This document shows, in pieces, positions 17,709 to 26,891 of a stretch of 64,000 nt of DNA. The notes beneath the pieces were generated by a model that was not told where the DNA came from, made no database searches, and worked only from the letters and a program-made list of their open reading frames with translations. The DNA comes from an uncultured Verrucomicrobiae bacterium. GTDB lineage: Bacteria; Verrucomicrobiota; Verrucomicrobiia; Chthoniobacterales; JAFAMB01. The position numbers and the translations under genes are program-made. The stretch covers positions 2,912,001 through 2,976,000 of the forward strand of contig CAWIPH010000002.1 in assembly GCA_963837955.1 (NCBI GenBank), in the 5' to 3' direction. Positions within the stretch are counted from its first letter, which is position 1. Every line of letters begins with the position of its first letter.

Positions 17709-19514
17709 CTAGGGAATTGAACGCGCCCAAACACGGGCGACCATTTCCGTGCAATCAAAACCGTTAGTTGGAGTCTGGTCCTGCGGACAAGCGGAGAGAA
17801 CGATCAGAAGATCTTGCAACACATCGACTATCAGAAAGCTGTCCGGCCCGTGGGTCGGCTCCAGATAGACCATCTCACCCTCTGATCCGATTTCTGTTTT
17901 CATGAAAATATTCCAGGCGGTTTCCCCACGGACAGGTAGTTGCACATTGATGGCTTGCAGGGCCTCTTCGAAGTTCGCCTTACAACTCCGATGATCGGGT
18001 AGTTCGTAGCGCTTGAGATAAGCCTCCCGGTCACAGCATGGGACGACGATGTCGTGATACCCGACGGTATCCTCTGTCACCTGGAGAAGATTGTTGCGAC
18101 GATTACTAGCCAGAAAATGTCCAGGCTTCAGATTAATAGACCAATTTTGGGTGATCGTGTGAGCTGGTGAAAGGTACTCTTCGAAATCATGCGCGTTGTA
18201 GGCGATGAGATCGCCAACTTGTTTGCCGCGGACATCGATAATCTGGAGCCGCTGACCCCGCTCCACGAAAAACGCGACTCCTTTTTTCGGTGGCGCAAGG
18301 TACTCTCCAGCTGGCACAAAACCCTCCAGGCACGCAGGCGCATTCATTTTTTTGGGATGGACGCTGGCGAGCCTGCTCGCAGCGGGAGTATTTCGGCTCT
18401 TCATGGTTTGAATTTCGCCATCGATCATCACACAGGAAATTCCGGGAAGATCGCCACCCTCGATAGCTTGAACCGCGTCGGAAAAAGCGGAGCCAATAGG
18501 CGCATCCATAATGAGGATGTCCGCATCCTTGCCGGGCTGGAGAAGACCGAGGTTTTTTCTCAGCGCGGCCGCATTATTGCCAGTAGCCAGCGCCCAGCTT
18601 TGGCCGGCCGATAGCCCGGTGAGCGCGGACATTTCAACCACCGACTTAAGCGTACCGAGCGGCATGACGCCTGTCCCAGTCGGTGTATCGCTGGAAACGA
18701 GAATCTGCGAAAGTTTGCCGGCGTCGCGGGCCAGCTCCACCAGCTTAATCGCCGATCGGATGTTCCCGGCCTGGGAGATTTGCAGGTAGAAGTCCGCGTC
18801 ATGAACCAGACGTGCCAGATCTTTCTCAGGTAGGGCCGTAGTCCCACCATTAGCATGGCCCGCGATGTCCGGACGCAGATAGAGCAGATCATCTGCGGTG
18901 ATCGCACTGCTGCCAGGAATGGACGCGCCTCCAGTATGGCTCATGACTAGGAATCCATACTTCTGCGCAGCTCGGATCTGCGGCTCTGCATCTCGATTCT
19001 TTGCGAAACCGCCAAACCCCATCTTCGCCAGCCAGACATTGGCGGCTGCTAGCTCGGCAAAATCGCCGTCCGTCAACCCCGGTTCTAAAATCACTGAGCC
19101 CGCATAGACCTTCACCCCTCCGGGCCGGTAGTTGGCATAGGCCCGTTGCGCAGTAATTGCCAAGGCCTTGACGCCGATGGGATCGGTTGGTCGACCAGGC
19201 AGGTGGACCTCGCAAGCTGACATCATCGCAGTAATGCCGCCCTGCATGTAACTCTCGATCCAGCCAAGAGCATTTTGTCGCGGGGTCCAATCGCCAAAAA
19301 CGATATGAACATGCGTGTCAATCAAGCCGGGAGCTGCGGTTGTGCCGTGGGCATCGATTAGGCGAGGCACTGAATCCAGGTCGATTTCGTCTCGCCGTCC
19401 AATCCATTCTATCTTTCCGTCTGAGATGAGAACGGTGTCTCCCGGCACATCGGGCTGATCGAGGCTGCCGCTGAGGATTCGGCCAAGGTTGGTAATGACC
19501 GTACGTTCCTTCAC
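17709..19514 (-). CDS. Enamidase-like amidohydrolase (N-terminal ~389 aa) in frame with a DUF1989/urea-carboxylase-associated domain (18347..17709)
   Basis: PGLIDTHVH..GDWTPRQ, EVHLPGRP.D..GVKALAI, HTGGASIPGS, GHANGG, DTPTGTG (enamidase); RGQRLQIIDVRGKQVGD, HDIVVPCC, SCKANF, NIFM, LSACPQD (DUF1989). The junction lies in an A7 run, so these may be two genes. Confidence 0.85.
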   Translation of the reverse strand: MKERTVITNLGRILSGSLDQPDVPGDTVLISDGKIEWIGRRDEIDLDSVPRLIDAHGTTAAPGLIDTHVHIVFGDWTPRQNALGWIESYMQGGITAMMSACEVHLPGRPTDPIGVKALAITAQRAYANYRPGGVKVYAGSVILEPGLTDGDFAELAAANVWLAKMGFGGFAKNRDAEPQIRAAQKYGFLVMSHTGGASIPGSSAITADDLLYLRPDIAGHANGGTTALPEKDLARLVHDADFYLQISQAGNIRSAIKLVELARDAGKLSQILVSSDTPTGTGVMPLGTLKSVVEMSALTGLSAGQSWALATGNNAAALRKNLGLLQPGKDADILIMDAPIGSAFSDAVQAIEGGDLPGISCVMIDGEIQTMKSRNTPAASRLASVHPKKMNAPACLEGFVPAGEYLAPPKKGVAFFVERGQRLQIIDVRGKQVGDLIAYNAHDFEEYLSPAHTITQNWSINLKPGHFLASNRRNNLLQVTEDTVGYHDIVVPCCDREAYLKRYELPDHRSCKANFEEALQAINVQLPVRGETAWNIFMKTEIGSEGEMVYLEPTHGPDSFLIVDVLQDLLIVLSACPQDQTPTNGFDCTEMVARVWARSIP

Positions 19515-20098
19515 GTAAGGCCATCCTCCCCTTTAACTTCCCTGAGAGAGAGACCGCCCAAACGAGCCTGCAACCGTCCCCGGGTGGCGACTGCGACGAT
19601 AACGACCACTTCGTCAGGAGCCGGCGCGTCGGCGAAGCTGACCGTCAACGTGTCGTAATGGGAGCGGACATAGAGAGCGTCCTTGCAAGCGAGGGGTACA
19701 TCAATCGGTGACCCCAGGACTCCGCGTTTACCGGTGGACGGTACCCACGCCTTACCGCCTCCAAGTGCGTCTCGGACCGGGTTTGCGAATGCCGTCGTCA
19801 AAAAGGCATTCCCATGTTCATATTCTCCGGCTGTGCCGACGATAGCCGCTTTGCCGTAGCTTTGTGCCCCTTTCAGCTTTCCGGAAAGAGCACTAGCGAG
19901 CCGTTTCCCAAAGGCTCCCCCGAGTTCAATGGATGGTTTAACGATTTCATCCAAAACTTCGCTGTAACGTCCAGCATAAGGATTGCGGATCGCCGCGGCT
20001 ACCGCGATTTTCACGAGAGGTTCACCGTCGTACTCACCAGTCTCGTTCGACCATGTTTCGTCGACGATCGTGTACCATTTCCGAATAAAGAGCGACAT
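19511..20098 (-). CDS. Amino acid synthesis family protein (AA_synth / DUF1185)
   Basis: AAAIRNPYAG, SYGKAAIVGTAGEYEHG, IDVPL..KDA..VRSHYD, DAPAPDE, RL.AR.GG; ATG 20098 lies downstream of a sigma54 site. Confidence 0.88.
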   Translation of the reverse strand: MSLFIRKWYTIVDETWSNETGEYDGEPLVKIAVAAAIRNPYAGRYSEVLDEIVKPSIELGGAFGKRLASALSGKLKGAQSYGKAAIVGTAGEYEHGNAFLTTAFANPVRDALGGGKAWVPSTGKRGVLGSPIDVPLACKDALYVRSHYDTLTVSFADAPAPDEVVVIVAVATRGRLQARLGGLSLREVKGEDGLT

Positions 20099-20132
20099 TG
20101 GGGGCGATAATTGAGTTGGCGACGTTGCCACT

Positions 20133-20148
20133 AGCAGTTCACGTACCA
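20133..20148 (-). promoter_or_regulatory. Putative sigma54 promoter for the AA_synth-enamidase operon
   Basis: Minus strand TGGTACGTGAACTGCT = GG-N10-GC, 34 bp before ATG 20098. Confidence 0.6.
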
Positions 20149-20151
20149 ACA

Positions 20152-20439
20152 GCCGGGAACGCCGAGAACGCCGGGAGCGCCGGGAACGCCGGAAGCGCCG
20201 GGAACGCCGGGAACGCCGGGAACGCCGAGAGCGCCGGGAGCGCCGGGAGCGCCGGGAACGCCGGGAACGCTGGGAACGCCGGGAACGCCGGGAGCGCCGG
20301 GAGCGCCGGGAGCGCCGGGAACGCCGGGAACGCCGGGAACGCCGGGAACGCCGGGAACGCCGGGAGCGCCGGGAGCGCCGGGAACGCCGGGAACGCTGGG
20401 AACGCCGGGAACGCCGGGAACGCCGCGAGCGCCGGGAAT
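20152..20439 (+). repeat. Tandem array of 32 x 9 bp (GCCGGGAAC/GCCGGGAGC)
   Basis: 288 bp counted directly; short inverted copy at ~20572-20605. Confidence 0.97.
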
Positions 20440-20618
20440 GGCTTGGTCACCGGTCTTTGTTTTCGGCGAACCAGCGTTTGCGCTTGATTTGCTAATTCCC
20501 AATAGCTTTTCTGGCTCACTCGCCCCGATCGGCGATGACCATTGAATGCTGGCTAATGATTACGATCACTCCCGTTCTCGGCGCTCCCGGCGCTCCCGGC
20601 GTTCCTCCGTTTCCCCTG

Positions 20619-20634
20619 TGGCATCGAAGATGCT
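20619..20634 (+). promoter_or_regulatory. Putative sigma54 promoter for the BMP-ABC operon
   Basis: TGGCATCGAAGATGCT = GG-N10-GC; ends 11 bp before in-frame GTG 20646. Confidence 0.6.
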
Positions 20635-20645
20635 CGTTAGGCCCT

Positions 20646-21695
20646 GTGCGTTTTTCATCTCCCCGTTTCAACTTGTTTTGCCGTGCGGTCACGCTGCTCT
20701 TCGTATTGTGTGGATGTCTAGCCGCAGGCGACGCGCAGGCAAAAAAGCCGCTCCGGGTTGCACTCGTCCTTCCTGGATCTACCAGTGATAAGGGGTTTAA
20801 TGAGGTGGCCTATCTCGGTCTGCTCCAGATCGAAAAGAACTTCGGTGCCGCCATCGTCTACTCAGAGAACACGCCAATGGCAAACTACGAGCGCGTGATC
20901 CGGGGCTTTGCCGATGATGGGAACGATGTGATCATCTGCCGCGGACTTGAATTTGGCGATCTAGCCAAGAAGATCGCGCCAGATTACCCAAAACAATTTT
21001 TCGTCGTATCCGACGGGCATGAGGTCAGCGGGGCCAATGTAGTCTCAATCGAACCGAGAACCCGGGACGCCGCATTTCTGGCCGGCATCTTAGCAGGACT
21101 AACTACTAAGACGAATAAGGTCGGAGCCGTTATCGGCTTCGACTTCCCGTTGATCGTAGCCGACGTCGAAGTATTCCGTTGGGCGCTCCGATCGGTTAAT
21201 CCAAACGCCGAATTAAAAGTGATCTACTTAGGTTCGTTCGACGATGTGGCTCGCGGAAAAGAGGCGGCTTTGGAAGAAATTAATGAGGGCTGCGATGTCC
21301 TTTACCATATTGCGGACACCGCGGGCATTGGTGTAATCCAAGGCGCTGCCGAAAAAGGTGTGAAAATCATCGGGTATGGCTCTGATCAAAATCATTTAGC
21401 ACCGCAAGTTGTGTTCGCCACGGAGATTTCCGATCCACAATTCATGATGCTGGACATCATTCAAGCGATCACTGAAAAGCGCTTCGACGGTCGTCCAAGA
21501 GTGTACGGACTCGACTCACCATGCGTGGCGCTGGCAATCGCGCCGAATCTCGTTCCACCCGCTGTCCGGAGCGAGGTAGATCGATGGAAAGAAGCGATTA
21601 CGTCCGGAAAGCTCGTTGTTCCTCTAATGACCGAACGCGATTCTGGCGCTAAAGCTGAGCCGCTTCATCTCAACCAACTCCTGACCGACCGATGA
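20646..21695 (+). CDS. BMP-family (nucleoside/purine-binding) ABC substrate-binding protein
   Basis: Signal peptide, DKGFNE, AFLAGILAG.TTKTNKVG, YLGSFDD..GKEAA, IGYGSDQ; the longer ORF from 20535 starts in repeat-derived sequence. Confidence 0.88.
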   Translation: MRFSSPRFNLFCRAVTLLFVLCGCLAAGDAQAKKPLRVALVLPGSTSDKGFNEVAYLGLLQIEKNFGAAIVYSENTPMANYERVIRGFADDGNDVIICRGLEFGDLAKKIAPDYPKQFFVVSDGHEVSGANVVSIEPRTRDAAFLAGILAGLTTKTNKVGAVIGFDFPLIVADVEVFRWALRSVNPNAELKVIYLGSFDDVARGKEAALEEINEGCDVLYHIADTAGIGVIQGAAEKGVKIIGYGSDQNHLAPQVVFATEISDPQFMMLDIIQAITEKRFDGRPRVYGLDSPCVALAIAPNLVPPAVRSEVDRWKEAITSGKLVVPLMTERDSGAKAEPLHLNQLLTDR

Positions 21696-21865
21696 TAATC
21701 AAGGATTTTCCTATTTTTCCTCGAGACGCGATGCAGACCCTCAAATTCCCTGAACCAACCCAGTGTTCATTTCTGCGAGAAAGGATGCGTTCGACGCAGC
21801 CTTCGAGGCTCAGTCCGGTCCGACGAATCTGGCGCCCCTCCCTGCGAGAACGAAGGACGAGGACG

Positions 21866-22897
21866 ATGGCGGTTTCGCTTTCCCAAGCGGTTCGTGCCAT
21901 TTTGATAATTTTCGTCGCATGGGCTTTCGTCCCTGCATCGGCAGCGCCGAAAAAGTGGCGTGTCGCATTGGTTTTGCCTGGGTTGATCAGCGACAAAGGT
22001 TTTAATGCCGGCGGCTACGCCGGTCTCGTTAAAATCAAGGAGGACCTCGGTGCAGAAACCGCCTTCTCGGAAGACACTCCGACCGCAAACTATGAACGTG
22101 TGATCCGCGGTTTTGCAGATGACGGTAATAATATCATTATCATGCACGGGCTCGAGTTTACGGATCTTGCTCGGAAGATCGCTCCCGACTATCCAAAACA
22201 ATATTTTCTGGTGACGGACGGCACTGGTTTGGGTGGACCGAACGTCGCGTCGATCCGCGGGCGATCAGAAGATGCTGCGTTTCTGTGTGGTGTGGTAGCC
22301 GGTTACATGACCAAATCGAACAAGATCGGTGCTGTTATCGGCATGGATTTCCCTTTGTTGGTGGCACAAGTCGAGGCAGTGCGGCTCGGAGCGCGCTCCG
22401 CCAATCCCAATGTTACATTGTCGGTTACTTATCTCGGTACCTTTGACGATCCGTCGAAAGGCAAAGAGGCCGCCCTGGCCCAAATAGGTTCCGGGGTAGA
22501 TCTGATTTACCACATCGCGGATGCGGCAGGTATCGGCGTAATTCAAGCAGCAGACGAGAAGCGAATCAAAGCGATCGGCTGGGGTGTAGACCAAAATGCA
22601 TTAGCACCAAAAACGGTGATCACCAGCGAGGTGATGCATACTGCGGACCTCATGGAGAAAGAGGTGAAGGCGATAATGGATGGGAAATTCGACGGTCAAC
22701 CGATCATTGCCGGATTCGATGCCAGCGGAGTAGAGTTAGCTGATTATCATGGATTGGTTCCCCAGGATATCGCGGCAAAGGTCTCTCTTTGGAAAGAAGC
22801 ACTGGTATCCGGGAGACTACACATCTCCTATACCACCGAACGGGATGGAAACGTAAACGCTCCACCGGTCACGTTCCCGATAGCAAATAGCCAATAG
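21866..22897 (+). CDS. BMP-family ABC substrate-binding protein, paralog 2
   Basis: GAGG RBS before ATG 21866, signal peptide, DKGFNA, YLGTFDDPSKGKEAA, IGWGVDQ. Confidence 0.9.
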   Translation: MAVSLSQAVRAILIIFVAWAFVPASAAPKKWRVALVLPGLISDKGFNAGGYAGLVKIKEDLGAETAFSEDTPTANYERVIRGFADDGNNIIIMHGLEFTDLARKIAPDYPKQYFLVTDGTGLGGPNVASIRGRSEDAAFLCGVVAGYMTKSNKIGAVIGMDFPLLVAQVEAVRLGARSANPNVTLSVTYLGTFDDPSKGKEAALAQIGSGVDLIYHIADAAGIGVIQAADEKRIKAIGWGVDQNALAPKTVITSEVMHTADLMEKEVKAIMDGKFDGQPIIAGFDASGVELADYHGLVPQDIAAKVSLWKEALVSGRLHISYTTERDGNVNAPPVTFPIANSQ

Positions 22898-23014
22898 CAG
22901 ATGGCAGATAGACCCCAGCTCAATGCTACTCACTACAACCGCTGACTGCCGCATTTTGTATTCTGTTTTCGGTATCGTGTCTTCTGAATTCTAGATTCTG
23001 GATTCTGTCTGCCC

Positions 23015-24530
23015 ATGCCCTTGTTACGCGCTGAAAATATAACGAAGGTCTATCCCGATGTCGATTGCTAACGATGGAATCACATTCGAGGTAGAAAGAG
23101 GCGAGGTTCATGCGCTGCTGGGAGAAAACGGGGCGGGCAAATCGACGCTGATGAACATTCTTTATGGGCTCGTTCATCCGGATGAGGGTCGCATTTTTTG
23201 GAACGACAAACTCGTTCACCTACGCCACACCCGGGAAGCCATGCGGCTCGGGATCGGCATGGTTCACCAACATTTCAATTTGGTTCCTTGCTTTAACGCC
23301 GTGGAAAACGTCGCTCTGCAAATGCACGGGCACCGGAGCGCATGGCTGAACACGACCGCCCTCCGGAAGTCGCTCGAAAGCCTCTGCTCCGCCTTTTCCC
23401 TACGCGTCGATCTCAATATTCCAGTACAGGAGCTATCACTCGGAAGCCAACAGCGAGTGGAACTCCTAAAAGCGCTGGTAGCAAAGGCCAAACTCTTGAT
23501 CCTGGACGAACCGACCGCGGTCCTGGCGCCACCTGAAGTCGCGGAGCTCTTTGCCCTGCTTCGAGGTTTTGTTACGGACGGAGGCGCAGTGTTATTGATC
23601 ACTCACAAACTACGGGAAGTAAAAGAAGTGAGCGATCGCGTCTCCATCCTGAGAACGGGAAAGTTAGTCGCCACAGCGAAGACCGGAGAAGTATCCGAAG
23701 AAGAAATGGTCACACTGATGGTGGGACGTCCGGTAGATCTCACGGTTCGCGATGCCAGAATAGCACGACAGACTTCCGGTGAAACTGCGCTACATGTTGA
23801 AAACCTCCACGTTCGCGCCGACTCCGATCGTGAAGGTCTCCACGGTGTTTCGCTAACTGTGCATAGTGGTGAGATAGTTGGCGTGGCGGCCGTCGAGGGA
23901 AATGGCCAGACCGCTTTGTTTGAAACTATTTGTGGAATCCGTCCACCCGAATCAGGGAAAATCTGGATCCTAAGAAAGGATCGAACAGAGGCTGAGCCAG
24001 CCCAACTGCAAAGAGTGTCCATCGGACGCATCCCAGAGGATCGACAAACCACTGGGCTGCTGTTGGATATGCCTGTCTCCGATAATCTCATTTTACGCGG
24101 CTACAATCGCCCTCCTCTCAGCAGGTTCGGCTGGCAGCGCAAAAAAGAGATTCGCACCCTCACTGAACGACTGTTTCGAAGTTATGATATCCGATCTCCG
24201 AATCTCAAGATTGCCGCGCGCAAACTTTCTGGAGGGAACCAGCAAAAGATCGTGCTCGCTCGCGAATTGCATGGGCAGCCGTTGCTATTGGTAGTTTCTA
24301 ACCCGGTTCGCGGTCTCGACATTGGAGCAACCGAGTACGTTTATCGGCAGTTAGAGCTACAGCGCGCTCAAGGTGCTGCCATCCTCTTAATTTCGAGTGA
24401 CCTGGAAGAGATCCTGACCTTGAGCGACCGCGTCGCGGTGCTCTACCGGGGTAAACTCATGGGAATCGTCCCGGCTGACGATAGCAATCGCAACCTGATC
24501 GGCCTGATGATGTCGGGAATTAGGGGTTAG
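23015..24530 (+). CDS. Sugar/nucleoside ABC ATPase (two ABC domains); +1 frameshift near 23060
   Basis: ATG 23015 MPLLRAENITKVYPDV, then the frame shifts into IANDGI...GENGAGKST, LSGGNQQK, RGLDIGA, ISSDLEE. Confidence 0.9.
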
Positions 24531-24556
24531 CGGCTATCCAATCGTGGTTAACCGCT

Positions 24557-26377
24557 TCAAAAACCGAAGTGCTTAATCACCTTATCAATAATGCCGCCAG
24601 CAGACGGATGTCCCGAAGGTTGCCTGTTATGATGCTGTCGAGGCCGTTCCTGGTTCGAACCGGAGGGCTGACTTGCTACGTCAGTCTTCGTTGGCCGCCA
24701 AACGGTCACGGTCCCATCCGGGGCTGTCGTCGTCAGTGTGAAATTGTTGCCGCTCACATCGAGCTGGTAGATGAGCTCAATCGATTGCTGCGTCGATGGA
24801 AAGTATTCACTGATTTTGCCGGCGCCGGCTGTATAAGTGCCTTCAGCGTTGACAGTCCCCGACAAGGTATAACTTCCGTCATCTTTGAGGTCCCATTTCT
24901 CAGTCCAGCCGGTACCTTTATGTTTTCCTTCCCAAGCTCCAATTAGCCTCGGGTCGACAACCGAAGCGACGACCGGTGAAGGATTAGGGTTAGGGACCGG
25001 TGTAATGAGGCTAGTGTCGATCGGTGGAGTTGGCGTCGGTTGCACTTTCACCACCGGACCGAGATGTACGGTCTGAAGCGGCTGGGTCGGTGCCGGCGTC
25101 GGAGTAGGAATCTGCTCGACGATCGGTTTGTTGACGCCAATCGTTGGCCGTTGATCTGGGGTAGGATTAGTATCAATCGGCTTCACCTCACTAAGGTGAT
25201 TCTGACCGTTCCCATCGTTAACGACCAAGTCGTTGTGTTGGTTGTTCGGGGCCGGTTTCGGGGCGGCGACAAACCAGATGGCGATCCCAATGCCGACGAG
25301 CGCAGCAGCGCTACCGGCGATTCGGGCCGGGTATTGGTGCGCGTACTTCGAAACTATTTTTAGATAGTCCACCTTCCCTGGCCCGACTTGGCTTACTTCA
25401 GGTGGTGTCATTTGATCCACCTTTGGAGCCGTTACCTGGTTGATCTCCGGTGGCTTCGCCCGGGACACCTTCGGTTCCGAGGCTAACTGCGGCACCGAAT
25501 TGGAATCCAACATCTTGCGCCATTGCTCGACATTCTGCGGCCGATCCGATTCCTTTACGCTGAGCGCCCGGTCGACCGCCTGCAAGAATTCGACGTCATA
25601 GCGATCTGCATAGTTTGGCGCCAACGTTTCGCATGGATCGTTTCCCATCAATCGAGCTGCTGCTTCCGGTGGCCGGTTACCCGTGATCGACCTGTACATG
25701 ACCGCGCCGAGCGCGTAGGTATCGCTCCACGGACCCTGGTTGCCGGCTTCATGATATTGTTCAAAGGGTGCATATCCGGGGGTGATGATTGCCGTTAACA
25801 TCCGGCTCCGGCTGCTGATCGACTGACGCGCGCTACCAAAATCCAACAGCACGGGACGTCCATCCGTAGTCAGATAAATGTTTTCCGGTTTGATATCACG
25901 GTGCAGAAAGCCGGTCTGATGGACTCTCTCCAGCCCTGATAGCAAGGGTAACAGGATCCCGCGCAACTCGTCTTGGGACGGCGGGCGACCCAATTGGCGA
26001 AGCCAGTGCTCTAGGTCCTGACCTTCCTCGTACTTGGTTACCATGTAGGCCGTGCCGTTCGCCTCGAGCATTTCGTAGACATCAACCACGTTGGGATGTG
26101 AACAGGCCGCTAATACTCGGCCCTCCTCCAGAAAACGCGTTCGTGCCCATTCGAGACTATCCTTGTCGCTCTGAGTTTTCGCGACAACGGTGGTACCGTC
26201 CAACCGGGTAGCAAAGTCGTTGGGTAGCAGCTCCTTGATTGCTACCTTTCGTTCCAGCGAGGTGTCTTCCGCAAGATAGGTGATACCGAAGCCGCCCGAG
26301 CCGAGTACTGCCTCAAAGCGATATTTCCCGAGTAGATGGCCGGCCTGAAGCGCGAGCAGATGTTGTTCAGTTTTCAT
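24557..26377 (-). CDS. Membrane Ser/Thr protein kinase with Pro-rich extracytoplasmic tail
   Basis: LGSGGFGITY, VAIKE, HRDIKPEN, DFG, TPGYAPFEQY; TM segment; PTP-rich linker. Confidence 0.93.
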   Translation of the reverse strand: MKTEQHLLALQAGHLLGKYRFEAVLGSGGFGITYLAEDTSLERKVAIKELLPNDFATRLDGTTVVAKTQSDKDSLEWARTRFLEEGRVLAACSHPNVVDVYEMLEANGTAYMVTKYEEGQDLEHWLRQLGRPPSQDELRGILLPLLSGLERVHQTGFLHRDIKPENIYLTTDGRPVLLDFGSARQSISSRSRMLTAIITPGYAPFEQYHEAGNQGPWSDTYALGAVMYRSITGNRPPEAAARLMGNDPCETLAPNYADRYDVEFLQAVDRALSVKESDRPQNVEQWRKMLDSNSVPQLASEPKVSRAKPPEINQVTAPKVDQMTPPEVSQVGPGKVDYLKIVSKYAHQYPARIAGSAAALVGIGIAIWFVAAPKPAPNNQHNDLVVNDGNGQNHLSEVKPIDTNPTPDQRPTIGVNKPIVEQIPTPTPAPTQPLQTVHLGPVVKVQPTPTPPIDTSLITPVPNPNPSPVVASVVDPRLIGAWEGKHKGTGWTEKWDLKDDGSYTLSGTVNAEGTYTAGAGKISEYFPSTQQSIELIYQLDVSGNNFTLTTTAPDGTVTVWRPTKTDVASQPSGSNQERPRQHHNRQPSGHPSAGGIIDKVIKHFGF

Positions 26378-26718
26378 ATTCCTTCCGATGCCCCGACACG
26401 GGTTCGGCATTTGTCAGCGCCGAAAGGTGTCTCGGTAAATCGGTTTGCCCTGTTCTTGAGCAAAGTTCTTGCGATGTGACCCAGATTGCTCCGGTCCTGC
26501 GTTGCCGAGTGCGTGCGACAGTTCACCTAATTAGGAGATGCCGAGAAGCGCGGAAACATACTTGGAGAATGAACAGAGTCTTGCGGCTGCCCGCGTAGCC
26601 CTAGCGCGAATATTTCTTAAATGCGCGAATTGGCGCGAATCCAGCATTCAAGCACGGGCTTGGGAACTTTGGTGGCGAACCTGGTCGCATCGAAGATCGA
26701 AATCGTGATCATTTCCAT

Positions 26719-26801
26719 CGTCCCTTTCGGGACGTATCCGTCTTAATCAACTTTACCCAGCACTAAAGTACTAAGCTACTTTCACCGATTCCCTCCGGGA
26801 C
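26719..26801. repeat. REP-like cluster (GTCCC-hairpins plus an inverted GTAG-type element)
   Basis: CGTCCCTTTCGGGACG hairpin, CCCAGCACTAAAGTACTAAGCTAC (reverse complement begins GTAG), TCCCTCCGGGAC. Confidence 0.5.
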
Positions 26802-26891
26802 TTGGTGCATCCCCTAATCGCTCTACTAAGTGAGAAACCGGCCGCCAATCGCATCAGCGGCCTGGATTGGTCCGCCGGACTTGGAGTGGAG

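Noticed and set aside
20152..20439. CRISPR array
   Set aside because: Units are 9 bp with no unique spacers, and no cas genes are present
20098..20519. Three overlapping low-complexity ORFs (NAG-, VPG- and PAF-repeat; elastin/collagen-like)
   Set aside because: They are translations of a stop-free 9-bp array that recurs in non-coding sites and overlaps promoter elements
21786..21810. Twin hairpins resembling a guanidine-II riboswitch upstream of BMP2
   Set aside because: Loops are TCG/TTCGA rather than the required ACGR, and there is no linker between the stems
21830..21846. Fifth sigma54 promoter (TGGCGCCCCTCCCTGCG)
   Set aside because: Spacing is GG-N11-GC; sigma54 needs N10
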